From Camelus ferus (taxonomy: Eukaryota): a stretch of DNA of 64,000 bases. The DNA is taken from NCBI RefSeq assembly GCF_009834535.1, contig NC_045696.1, forward strand, positions 122,328,001 through 122,392,000, in the 5' to 3' direction. The notes below the pieces were generated by a model. It worked only from the letters and a program-made list of their open reading frames with translations. It ran no database searches and was not told where the DNA came from. Positions 51,801 to 64,000 of this stretch are shown here, piece after piece; position 1 is the stretch's first letter; every line of letters begins with the position of its first letter. Both the position numbers and the translations under genes were made by a program.

Positions 51801-54800
51801 AGTTCCTGCAGTTTTCCCTGTAATACCGAGTTGGAGATAGTACCGCCCCATATATATGTATGGAGTGGAGTTTGTACCTAAAAGAAACTTTGTGTTCCCA
51901 ACAAGCTAGGTGAAGGACGGCTTTCACACATAATTTTCTCTCAGAAATGGGCATGTGGGGAGAAGTTCGTTCATCTAGCACAAAGGGAACGTGTTGCAGG
52001 AGAAACTTTAAATCTGGATGCTCAGTGTGTTTCCTAGTGCCGGTTTGAAGTTCCTGCAATTTTCACTGAAAAAGGTGTTGGGGCTAGTACCTCCCGATAT
52101 ATATGTATGGAGTGGAGTTTGCACCTGAAAAGAAACTTTGTGTTCCTAACAAGCTAGATGAAGTACGGCTTTCACACACAATTATGTCTCAGAACTGAGC
52201 ATGTGGAGAGACGTTCGTTCATCTAGCACAAAGGGAACGGGTTGCAGGAGAAACTTTTACTCTGGCTTCTCAGTCTGTTTCCGAAAACCCGTTTGAATTT
52301 CCTGCAGTTTTCTCTGTAAAACAGTTTTGGAGCTAGTCCCTACACATAGATATGTATGGAGTGAATTTTGTTAATGAAAAGAAACTTTGTGTTCCCAACC
52401 AGCTATGTGAAGGACGGCTTTCACACACACTTATCTCTCAGAACTGAGCATGTGGAGAGACGTTCGTTCATCTAGCACAAAGGGAAGGGGTTGCAGGAGA
52501 AACTTTTACTCTGGCTTCTCAGTCTGTTTCCTAGTGCCGGTTTGAAGTTCCTGCAGTTTTCATTGTAAAACCGAGTTGGAACTAGTACCTCCCCATATAT
52601 ATGTATGGAGTGGAGTTGGCAACTGGAAAGAAACATTGTGTTCCCAACAAGCTACCTGAAGGACGGCTTGCACACACACTTATCTCTCACAACTGAGCAT
52701 GTGGAGAGACGTTCGTTCATCTAGCACAAAAGGAACGGGTTGCAGTAGAAACTTTTCTCTGGTTTCTCACTCTGTTTCCTAGTGCCTGTTTGAAGTTCCT
52801 GCAGTTTTCAATGTAAAACCGAGTTGGAGCTAGCCCATACCCATAGATATGTATGGAGTGGAGTTTGCAAGTGAAAAGAAACTTTGTGTTCCCAACAAGC
52901 TTGGTGAACGACGGCTTGCACACACACTTATCTCTCACAACTGAGCATGTGGAGAGATGTTCGTTCATCTAGCACAAAGGGAACGGGGTGCAGGTGAAAC
53001 TTTTCTCTGGTTTCTCAGTCTGTTTCCTACTGCCGGATTGAAGTTCCTGCAGTTTTCACTGTAAAACAGATTTGGAGCTAGTACCTCCCCATATATATGT
53101 ATGGAGTGGAGTTTGCAACTGAAAAGAAACTTTGGGTTCCCAACAAGCTAGGTGAAGTACGGCTTTCACACCCATTTATCTCTCCGAAATGAGCATGTGG
53201 AGAGACGTTCGTTCATCTAGCACAAAGGGAACGGGTTGCAGGAGAAATTTTACTCTGGTTTCTCAGTCTGTTTCCTAGTGCCGGTTTGAATTTCCTGCAG
53301 TTTTCACTGTAAAACCGCGTTGAAGCTAGACCATACCCATATATATTTATGGATTTGTGTTTGCAACTGAAAAGAAACTTTGTGTTCCCAACAAGCTAGG
53401 TGAAGGACTGCTTTAACACACACATATCTATCTGAACTGAGCATGTGGAGAGACGTTCGTTCATCTAGCACAAAGGGAACGTGTGGCAGGAGAAACTTTT
53501 ACTCTGGATTCTCAGTCTGATTCCTAGTGCCTGTTTGAAGCTCCTGCAGTTTTCACTGTAAAACCGATTTGGAGCTAGTACCTCCCAATATATATGTATG
53601 GAGTGCTGTTTGCAACTGAAAAGAAAGTTTGTGTTCCCAACAAGCTAGGTGAAGTACGGAATTCACACACACTTACCTTTCAGAAATGAGCATGTGGAGA
53701 GACGTTCGTTCATCTAGAAGAAAGGGAACGGGTTGCAGTAGAAACTTTTACTAAGGTTTCTCAGTCTGTTTCCTAGTGCCTGTTTGAAGTTCCTGCAGTT
53801 TTCACTGTAAAACCGAGTTGGAGCTAGCCCATACCCATAGAAATTTATGGAGTGGTGTTTGCAACTGAAAAAAACTTTGTGTTCCCAACAAGCTAGTTGA
53901 AGGACAGCTTTCACACACAATTATCTCTCAGAACTGAGCATGTGGAGTGACGTTCGTTCATCTAGCACAAAGGGAACGGGTTGCAGGAGAAACTTTTACT
54001 CTGGTTTCTAAGTCTGTTTCCTAGTGCCTGTTTGAATTTCCTGCAGATTTCACTAGGAAACGAGTTGGAGCTAGTACCTACCCATAGATATCTATGGAGT
54101 GGAGTTTGTTAATGAAAAGAAACTTTGTGTTCCCAACAAGCTAGGTGAAGGACGTCTTTCACACACACTTATCACAGAACTGAGGATGTGGAGAGACGTT
54201 CGTTCATATAGCACAAAGTGAACTGGTTGCAAGAGAAAATTTTTCTCTGGTTTTTAGTCTGTTTATTAGTGCCTGTTTGAAGTTCCTGCAGATTTCACTG
54301 TAAATCCGAGTTGGATCTATCCCATACCCATAGATATGTATGGAGTGGATTTTGCTACTGAAAAGAAACTTTGTGTTCCCAACAAGCTAGGTGAAGGTCG
54401 GCTTTCACACACACATATGACTCAGAACTGAGCATGAAGAGAGACGTTCGTTCATATAGAAAAATTGGAACGGTTTGCAGCAGAAAATTTTACTCTGGTT
54501 TCTCAGTCTGTTTCCTAGTGCCGGTTTGAACTTCCTGCAGTTTTCACTGTAAAACTGATTTGGAGCTTGTACCTCCCCATATAAATGTATGGAATGGAGT
54601 TTGCAACTGAAAAGAAACTTTGTGTTCCCAACACGCTAGGTGAAGGACGGCTTTCACACACAAAAATCTCTCAGAATTGAGCATGTTGGGAGACGATCCT
54701 TCATCTAGCAGAAAGGGAACGGTTTTCAGGAGAAACTTTATTCTGGTTTCTCAGTCTGTTTCCAAGTGCCGGTTTGATGTTCCTGCAGTTATCACTGTAA

Positions 54801-57800
54801 AACCGATTTGGAGCTATTACCTCCCCATATATTTGTATGGATTGGAGTTTGCAAATGAAAAGAATCTTTGTGTTCCCATCAAGCTAGATTAAGGACGGCT
54901 TTCACACAGACTTTTCTCTCTGAACTGAGCATGTTGAGAGACGTTCGTTCATCTAGCACAAAGGGTACTGTTTGTAGGAGAAACTTTTACTCTGGTTTCT
55001 CAGTCTGTTTCCTAGTGCCGGTTTGGAATTTCCTGCAGTTTTCACTGTAAACAGAGTTGGAACTAGTACCTCCCCTTATATATGTATGGATTGGAGTTTG
55101 CATGTTAAAAGGAACTTTGTTTTCCTGACAAGCTAAGTGAATGACGGCATTCAAACATACTTATCTCTCAGAATTGAGCATGTGGAAAGACGTTCGTTCA
55201 TCTATCACAAAGTGAATGTGTTGCAGGAGAAACTATTACTCTGGTATCTCAGTCTGTTTCCTAGTGCCAGTTTGAATTTCCTGCAGTTTTCACTGTAACA
55301 CCGAGTTGGAGCTAGACAATACCCATAGATATGTATGGAGTGGAGTTTGCAAATGAAAAGAAACATTGTGTTCCCAACAAGCTAGTTGAAGGACGGCTTT
55401 CACACACACTTATATCTCAGAACTGAGCATGTGGGGAGACGTTCGTTCATCTAGCACAAAGGGAACGTGTTGCAGGAGAAACTTTAAATCTGGATGCTCA
55501 GTGTTTTTCCTAGTGCCGATTTGAAGTTCCTGCAATTTTCACTGAAAAAGGTGTTGGGGCTAGTACCTCCCCATATATATGTATGGAGTGGAGTTTGCAC
55601 CTGAAATGAAATTTTGTGTTCCCAATAAGCTAGGTGAATTTCTGCTTTCACACACACTTATCTCTAAGAACTGAGCATGTGGAGAGATGTTCGTTCATCT
55701 AGCACAAAGGGAACGGGTTTGCAGTAGAAACTTTTCTCTGGTTTCTCACTCTGTTTCCTCGTGCCTGTTTGAAGTTCCTGCAGTTTTCAATGTAAAACCG
55801 AGTTGGAGCTAGCCCATACCCATAGATATGTATGGAGTGGAGTTTGCAACTGAAAAGAAACTTTGTGTTCCCAACAAGCTTGGTGAACGACGGCTTTCAC
55901 ACACACTGATCTCTCACAACTGAGCATGTGGAGAGATGTTCGTTCATCTAGCACAAAGGGAACGGGGTGCAGGTGAAACTTTTCTCTGGTTTCTCAGTCT
56001 GTTTCCTACTGCCGGTTTGAAGTTCCTGCAGTTTTCACTGTAAAACAGATTTGGAGGTAGTACCTCCCCATATATATGTATGGAGTAGAGTTTGCAACTG
56101 AAAAGAAACTTCGGGTTCCCAACAAGCTAGGTGAATTACGGTTTTCACACACACATATCTCTCCGATCTTAGCATCAGGAGAGACTTTCGTTCATCTAGC
56201 ACAAAGGGAATGGATTGCAGGAGAAACTTTTACTCTGGTTTCTCAGTCTGTTTTCTAGTGCGTGGTAGAACTTCCTGCAGTTTTCCCTGTAAAACCGAGT
56301 TGGAGCTAGTACCTCCCCATATATATGTAAGGAGTGGATTTTGCAACCTAAAAGAAACTTTGAGTTCCAAACTAGTTAGGTGAAGGTCGTCTTTCACACA
56401 TAATTTTCTCTCAGAAATGAGCATGTGGAGAGACGTTCGTTCATCTAGCAGAAAGGGAACGGGTTGCAGGGGAAACTTTTACTTTCGTTTCTCAGTCTGT
56501 TTCCTAGTGCTGGTTTGAAGTTTCTCTGCCGTTTTCACTGTAAAACCGAGTTTGAGCTTGCCCATACCCATAGATTTTTATGGAGTGGTGTTTGCAACTG
56601 AAAAGAAACATTGTGTTCCAAAAAAGCTAGGTGAAGGACGGCTTTCACACACACTGATCTCTCAGAACTGAGCATGTGGAGAGATGTTCGTTCATCTAGC
56701 ACACAGGGAAAGGTTTGCAGGTGAAATTTTACTCTGGTTTCTCAGTCTGTTTCCTACTGCCGGTTTGAAGTTCCTGCAGTTTTCCCTGTAATACCGAGTT
56801 GGAGATAGTACCGCCCCATATATATGTATGGAGTGGAGTTTGTACCTAAAAGAAACTTTGTGTTCCCAACAAGCTAGGTGAAGGACGGCTTTCACACATA
56901 ATTTTCTCTCAGAAATGGGCATGTGGGGAGAAGTTTCGTTCATCTAGCACAAGGGAACGTGTTGCAGGAGAAACTTTAAATCTGGATGCTCAGTGTGTTT
57001 CCTAGTGCCGGTTTGAAGTTCCTGCAATTTTCACTGAAAAAGGTGTTGGGGCTAGTACCTCCCGATATATATGTATGGAGTGGAGTTTGCACCTGAAAAG
57101 AAACTTTGTGTTCCTAACAAGCTAGATGAAGTACGGCTTTCACACACAATTATGTCTCAGAACTGAGCATGTGGAGAGACGTTCGTTCATCTAGCACAAA
57201 GGGAACGGGTTGCAGGAGAAACTTTTACTCTGGCTTCTCAGTCTGTTTCCGAAAACCCGTTTGAATTTCCTGCAGTTTTCTCTGTAAAACAGTTTTGGAG
57301 CTAGTCCCTACACATAGATATGTATGGAGTGAATTTTGTTAATGAAAAGAAACTTTGTGTTCCCAACCAGCTATGTGAAGGACGGCTTTCACACACACTT
57401 ATCTCTCAGAACTGAGCATGTGGAGAGACGTTCGTTCATCTAGCACAAAGGGAAGGGGTTGCAGGAGAAACTTTTACTCTGGCTTCTCAGTCTGTTTCCT
57501 AGTGCCGGTTTGAAGTTCCTGCAGTTTTCATTGTAAAACCGAGTTGGAACTAGTACCGTCCCCATATATATGTATGGAGTGGAGTTGGCAACTGGAAAGA
57601 AACATTGTGTTCCCAACAAGCTACCTGAAGGACGGCTTGCACACACACTTATCTCTCACAACTGAGCATGTGGAGAGACGTTCGTTCATCTAGCACAAAA
57701 GGAACGGGTTGCAGTAGAAACTTTTCTCTGGTTTCTCACTCTGTTTCCTAGTGCCTGTTTGAAGTTCCTGCAGTTTTCAATGTAAAACCGAGTTGGAGCT

Positions 57801-60800
57801 AGCCCATACCCATAGATATGTATGGAGTGGAGTTTGCAAGTGAAAAGAAACTTTGTGTTCCCAACAAGCTTGGTGAACGACGGCTTGCACACACACTTAT
57901 CTCTCACAACTGAGCATGTGGAGAGATGTTCGTTCATCTAGCACAAAGGGAACGGGGTGCAGGTGAAACTTTTCTCTGGTTTCTCAGTCTGTTTCCTACT
58001 GCCGGATTGAAGTTCCTGCAGTTTTCACTGTAAAACAGATTTGGAGCTAGTACCTCCCCATATATATGTATGGAGTGGAGTTTGCAACTGAAAAGAAACT
58101 TTGGGTTCCCAACAAGCTAGGTGAATTACGGTTTTCACACACACATATCTCTCCGATCTTAGCATGTGGAGAGACATTCGTTCATCTAGCACAAAGGGAA
58201 TGGATTGCAGGAGAAACTTTTACTCTGGTTTCTCAGTCTGTTTCCTAGTGCGGGGTAGAACTTTCTGCAGTTTTCCCTGTAAAACCGAGTTGGAGCTAGT
58301 ACATCCCCATATATATGTATGGAGTGGATTTTGCTACCTAAAAGAAACTTTGAGTTCCAAACTAGTTAGGTGAAAGTCGTCTTTCACACATAATTTTCTC
58401 TCAGAAATGAGCATGTGGAGAGACGTTCGTTCATCTAGCAGAAAGGGAACGGGTTGCAGGAGAAACTATTACTCTGGTTTCTCAGTCTGTTTTCTAGTGC
58501 CGGTTTGAAGATCCTGAAATTTTCACTGTAAACCGAGTTGGAGCTATTACATAACCACAGATATTCATGGATTGGAGATTGCAACTGAAAAGAAACTTTG
58601 TGTTCCCAACAAGCTAGGTGAAGGACGGCTTTCACACACACGTATCTCAGAACTGAGCATGAGGAGAGACGTTCGTTCATCTAGCAGAAAGGGAACGGTT
58701 TGCAGGAGAAATTTTTACGCTGGTTTCTCAGCCAGTTTCTTAGTGCCGGTTTGAACTTCCTGCAGTTTTCACTTTAACACCGAGTTGGAGCTAGACAATA
58801 CCCATAGATATGTATGGAGTGGAGTTTGCAAATGAAAAGAAACTTTGTGTTCCCAACAAGCTAGTTGAAGGACGGCTTTCACACACACTTATGTCTCAGA
58901 ACTGAGCATGTGGAGAGACGTTCGTTCATCTAGCACAAAGGGAACGGGTTGCAGGGGAAAGTTTTACTCTGGTTTCTCAGTCTGTTTCCTAGTGCCGGTT
59001 TGAAGTTCCTGCACTTTTCTCTGTAAAACCGAGTTGGACATAGACCCTACCCATAAATATGTATGGAGTGGAGTTTGCAACTGAAAAGAAACTTTGGGTT
59101 CCCAACAAGCTAGGTGAATTACGGATTTCACACACACATATCTCTCCGATCTCAGCATGTGGAGAGACGTTCGTTCATCTAGCACAAAGGGAACGAATTG
59201 CAGGAGAAACTTTTTCTCTGGATTCTCAGTCTGTTTCCTAGTGCCGGTTAGAAGTTCCTGCAGTTTTCCCTTTAAAACCGAGTTGGAGCTAGTACCCTCC
59301 CCATATATATGTATGGAGTGGGGTTTGCAACCTAAAAGAAACTTTGTGTTCCAAACAAGTTAGGTGAAGTTCGTCTTTCACACATAATTTTCTCTCAGAA
59401 ATGAGCAGGTGGAGAGACGATCGTTCATCAAGCAGAAAGGGAACGGGTTGCAGGGGAAACATTTACTCTGGTTTCTCAGAATGTTTCCTACTGCTGGTTT
59501 AAAGTTTCTGCAGTTTTCACTGTAAAACAGAGTTGGAGCTTGCCCATACCCATAGATATGTATGGAGTGGTGTTTGCAACTGAAAAGAAACTTTGTGTTC
59601 CCAACAAGATAGGTGAAGTACGGCTTTCACACACATTTATCTCTCCGAAATGAGCATGTGGAGAGACGTTCGTTCATCTAGCACAAAGGGAACGGGTTGC
59701 AGGAGAAATTTTACTCTGGTTTCTCAGTCTGTTTCCTAGTGCCGGTTTGAATTTCCTGCAGTTTTCACTGTAAAACCGCGTTGGAGCTAGACCATACCCA
59801 TATATATTTATGGATTTGTGTTTGCAACTGAAAAGAAACTTTGTGTTCCCAAAAAGCTAGGTGAAGGACTGCTTTAAACACACACATATCTATCTGAACT
59901 GAGCATGTGGAGAGACGTTCGTTCATCTAGCACAAAGGGAACGTGTGGCAGGAGAAACTTTTACTCTGGATTCTCAGTCTGATTCCTAGTGCCTGTTTGA
60001 AGCTCCTGCAGTTTTCACTGTAAAACCGATTTGGAGCTAGTACCCTCCCAATATATATGTATGGAGTGGTGTTTGCAACTGAAAAGAAAGTTTGTGTTCC
60101 CAACAAGCTAGGTGAAGTACGGAATTCACACACACTTACCTTTCAGAACTGAGCATGTGGAGAGACGTTCGTTCATCTAGAAGAAAGGGAACGGGTTGCA
60201 GTAGAAACTTTTACTAAGTTTTCTCAGTCTGTTTCCTAGTGCCTGTTTGAAGTTCCTGCAGTTTTCACTGTAAAACCGAGTTGGAGCTAGCCCATACCCA
60301 TAGAAATTTAGGGAGTGGTGTTTGCAACTGAAAAAAACTTTGTGTTCCCAACAAGTTAGTTGAAGGACGGCTTTCACACACAATTATCTCTCAGAAGTGA
60401 GCATGTGGAGTTACGTTCGTTCATCTAGAACAAAGGGAACGGGTTGCAGGAGAAACTTTTACTCTGTTTTCTAAGTCTGTTTCCTAGTGCCTGTTTGAAT
60501 TTCCTGCAGATTTCACTAGGAAACGAGTTGGAGCTAGCACCTACCCATAGATATCTATGGAGTGGAGTTTGTTAATGAAAAGAAATTTTGTGTTCCCAAC
60601 AAGCTAGGTGAAGGATGTCTTTCACACACACTTATCACAGAACTGAGGATCTGGAGAGACGTTCGTTCGTATAGCACATAGTGAACTGGTTGCAAGAGAA
60701 ACTTTTTCTCTGGTTTTTAGTCTGTTTATTAGTGCCTGTTTGAAGTTCCTGCAGATTTCACTGTAAATCCGAGTTGGATCTATCCCATACCCATAGATAT

Positions 60801-63800
60801 GTATGGAGTGGATTTTGCTACTGAAAAGAAACTTTGTGTTCCCAACAAGCTAGGTGAAGGTCGGCTTTCACACACACATATGACTCAGAACTGAGCATGA
60901 AGAGAGACGTTCGTTCATATAGAAAAATTGGAACGGTTTGCAGCAGAAAATTTTACTCTGGTTTCTCAGTCTTTTTCCTAGTGCCGGTTTGAACTTCCTG
61001 CAGTTTTCACTGTAAAACTGATTTGGAGCTTGTACCTCCCCATATAAATGTATGGAATGGAGTTTGCAACTGAAAAGAAACTTTGTGTTCCCAACAAGCT
61101 AGGTGAAGGACGGCTTTCACACACAAAAATCTCTCAGAATTGAGCATGTTGGGAGGACGTTCCTTCATCTAGCAGAAAGGGAACGGTTTTTCAGGAGAAA
61201 CTTTTATTCTGGTTTCTCAGTCTGTTTCCTAGTGCCGGTTTGATGTTCCTGCAGTTATCACTGTAAAACCGATTTGGAGCTATTACCTCCCCATATATTT
61301 GTATGGATTGGAGTTTGCAAATGAAAAGAATCTTTGTGTTCCCATTCAAGCTAGATTAAGGACGGCTTTCACACAGGACATTTCTCTCTGAACTGAGCAT
61401 GTTGAGAGACCGTTCGTTCATCTAGCACAAAGGGTACTGTTTGTAGGAGAAACTTTTACTCTGGTTGTCTCAGTCTGCTTCCTAGTGCCGGTTTGAATTT
61501 CCTGCAGTTTTCACTGTAAAACAGAGTTGGAACTAGTACCTCCCCTTATATATGTATGGATTGGAGTTTGCATGTTAAAAGGAACTTTGTTTTCCTGACA
61601 AGCTAGGTGAATGACGGCATTCAAACATACTTATCTCTCAGAATTGAGCATGTGGAAAGACGTTCGTTCATCTATCACAAAGTGAATGTGATGCAGGAGA
61701 ACTATTACTCTGGTATCTCAGTCTGTTTCCTAGTGCCAGTTTGAATTTCCTGCAGTTTTCACTGTAACACCGAGTTGGAGCTAGACAATACCCATAGATA
61801 TGTATGGAGTGGACTTTGCAAATGAAAAGAAACATTGTGTTCCCAACAAGCTAGTTGAAGGACGGCTTTCACACACACTTATATCTCAGAACTGAGCATG
61901 TGGGGAGACGTTCGTTCATTCTAGCACAAAGGGAACGTGTTGCAGGAGAAACTTTAAATCTGGATGCTCAGTGTTTTTCCTAGTGCCGATTTGAAGTTCC
62001 TGCAATTTTCACTGAAAAAGGTGTTTGGGGCTAGTACCTCCCCATATATGTATGGAGTGGAGTTTGCACCTGAAATGAAATTTTGTGTTCCCAATAAGCT
62101 AGGTGAATTTCTGCTTTCACACACACTTATCTCTAAGAACTGAGCATGTGGAGATGTTCGTTCATCTAGCACAAAGGGAACGGGTTGCAGTAGAAACTTT
62201 TCTCTGGTTTCTCACTCTGTTTCCTCGTGCCTGTTTGAAGTTCCTGCAGTTTTCAATGTAAAACCGAGTTGGAGCTAGCCCATACCCATAGATATGTATG
62301 GAGTGGAGTTTGCAACTGAAAAGAAACTTTGTGTTCCCAACAAGCTTGGTGAACGACGGCTTTCACACACACTGATCTCTACAACTGAGCATGTGGAGAG
62401 ATGTTCGTTCATCTAGCACAAAGGGAACGGGGTGCAGGTGAAACTTTTCTCTGGTTTCTCAGTCTGTTTCCTACTGCCGGTTTGAAGTTCCTGCAGTTTT
62501 CACTGTAAAACAGATTTGGAGGTAGTACCTCCCATATATATGTATGGAGTGGAGTTTGCAAACTGAAAAGAAACTTTGGGTTCCCCAACAAGCTAGGTGA
62601 ATTACGGTTTTCACACACACATATCTCTCCGATCTTAGCATGTGGAGAGACTTTCGTTCATCTAGCACAAAGGGAATGGATTGCAGGAGAAACTTTTTAC
62701 TCTGGTTCTCCAGTCTTTTTCCTAGTGCGGGGTAGAACTTCCTGCAGTTTTCCCTGTAAAACCGAGTTGGAGCTAGTACCCTCCCCATATATATGTAAGG
62801 AGTGGATTTTGCAACCTAAAAGAACTTTGAGTTCCAAACTAGTTAGGTGAAGGTCGTCTTTCACACATAATTTTTCTCTCAGAAATGAGCATGTGGAGAG
62901 ACGTTCGTTCATCTAGCAGAAAGGGAACGGGTTGCAGGGGAAACTTTTACTTTGGTTTCTCAGTCTGTTTCCTAGTGCTGGTTTGAAGTTTCTGCCGTTT
63001 TCACTGTAAAACCGAGTTTGACGCTTGCCCATACCATAGATATTTATGGAGTGGTGTTTGCAACTGAAAAGAAACATTGTGTTCCAAAAAAGCTAGGTGA
63101 AGGACGGCTTTCACACACACTGATCTCTCAGAACTGAGCATGTGGAGAGATGTTCGTTCATCTAGCACACAGGGAAAGGTTTGCAGGTGAAATTTTACTC
63201 TGGTTTCTCAGTCTGTTTCCTACTGCCGGTTTGAAGTTCCTGCAGTTTTCCCTGTAATACCGAGTTGGAGATAGTACCGCCCCATATATTGTATGGAGTG
63301 GAGTTTGTACCTAAAAGAAACTTTGTGTTCCCAACAAGCTAGGTGAAGGACGGCTTTCACACATAATTTTCTCAGAAATGGGCATGTGGGGAGAAGTTCG
63401 TTCATCTAGCACAAAGGGAACGTGTTGCAGGAGAAACTTTAAATCTGGATGCTCAGTGTGTTTCCTAGTGCCGGTTTGAAGTTCCTGCAATTTTCACTGA
63501 AAAAGGTGTTGGGGCTAGTACCTCCCGATATATGTATGGAGTGGAGTTGCACCTGAAAAGAAACTTGTGTTCTAACAAGCTAGATGAAAGTACGGCTTTC
63601 ACACACCAATTATGTCTCAGAAGCTGAGCATGTGGAGAGACGTTCGTTCATCTAGCACAAAAGGGAACGGGTTGCAGGAGGATACTTTTACTCTGGCTTT
63701 CTCAGTCTGTTTCCGAAGTGCCCGTTTGAATTTCCTGCAGTTTTCTCTGTAAAACAGTTTTGGAGCTAGTCCCTACACATAGATATGTATGGAGTGAATT

Positions 63801-64000
63801 TTGCTTAATGAAAAGAAACTTGTGTTCCCAACCAGCTATGTGAAGGACGGCTTTCACACACACTTATCTCTCAGAACTGAGCATGTGGAGAGACGTTCGT
63901 TCATCTAGCACAAAGGGAAGGGGTTGCAGGAGAAACTTTTACTCTGGCTTCTCAGTCTGTTTCCTAGTGCCGGTTTTGAAGTTCCTGCAGTTTTCATTGT
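45880..64000. repeat. Higher-order repeat domain: 26-monomer periodicity (~6455-6463 bp) with an inserted 20-monomer duplicate
   Basis: Frame offsets are 46262/52717 (6455), 53714/60177 (6463), and 47011/58435 and 47635/59059 (11424, which is 26+20 monomers). Confidence 0.88.
48185..58118. repeat. Young tandem duplication of a 20-monomer unit (~4965 bp), 2 copies, junction ~53149-53156
   Basis: Identical frames occur at 48749/53714, 51110/56076, 51264/56230 and 52717/57686 (offsets 4965-4969). Shared private variants include CACACCCATTT, GAGTGCTGTTT, CTTCGGGTTC, AGCATCAGG and CCGAAAACCC. Confidence 0.93.

Larger units (their letters stand above)
1..64000. repeat. Tandem satellite DNA array, ~249-bp monomer, ~257 head-to-tail copies in one orientation (putative centromeric/pericentromeric satellite, family not recognised)
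   Basis: The consensus read by eye recurs every ~248 bp from end to end: ATGGAGTGGAGTTTGCAACTGAAAAGAAACTTTGTGTTCCCAACAAGCTAGGTGAAGGACGGCTTTCACACACACTTATCTCTCAGAACTGAGCATGTGGAGAGACGTTCGTTCATCTAGCACAAAGGGAACGGGTTGCAGGAGAAACTTTTACTCTGGTTTCTCAGTCTGTTTCCTAGTGCCGGTTTGAAGTTCCTGCAGTTTTCACTGTAAAACCGAGTTGGAGCTAGTACCTCCCCATATATATGT (249 nt). The array extends past both window edges. The centromeric role is an inference only. Confidence 0.98.

Noticed and set aside
357..63405. About 130 short ORFs (60-165 aa) on both strands, many with similar translations
   Set aside because: They are chance open frames through the same repeated monomer, occur in several frames and both strands, are broken by frameshifts and stops between copies, and show no recognisable domain. 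They were useful only as markers of duplication offsets.
1..64000. CRISPR array or other repeat-spacer system
   Set aside because: There are no unique spacers: the entire 249-bp unit is repeated. No cas genes or leader are present.
1..64000. Tandem 5S rRNA, tRNA or snRNA gene array, or SINE-derived unit
   Set aside because: I recognised no 5S, tRNA cloverleaf or snRNA sequence. GTTCGTTC does not fit the Pol III B-box GTTCRANNC, and there are no poly-A tails or target-site duplications.
1..64000. Transposon insertion, telomeric repeats or array inversion
   Set aside because: I found no non-satellite sequence, no TTAGGG/TTTAGGG tracts and no reverse-orientation monomers while reading through.

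Overview
The whole 64 kb window is one uninterrupted, single-orientation, head-to-tail satellite DNA array with a ~249-bp consensus monomer (average period ~248 bp, about 257 copies). It is typical of eukaryotic centromeric or pericentromeric heterochromatin; I cannot name the species or family. It contains no credible gene, RNA gene, transposon or CRISPR array, and the ORF track consists of chance frames through the repeat. There is one 100-N gap (10617-10716). The interest lies in the higher-order structure, which can be read from variants shared between monomers: a 3x tandem 8-mer (~14.9-20.85 kb), a 2x tandem 22-mer (~25.5-36.4 kb), a young 20-mer duplication nested inside an older 26-mer duplication (~45.9-64 kb), 2-mer and 3-mer duplications, a ~60-62-mer (~15 kb) long-range paralogy, an in-register gene-conversion-like patch (~14185-14560) and a subfamily switch near 39.6-39.9 kb. 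Several tracts look like assembly or polishing artefacts. All boundaries were read by eye and are approximate.
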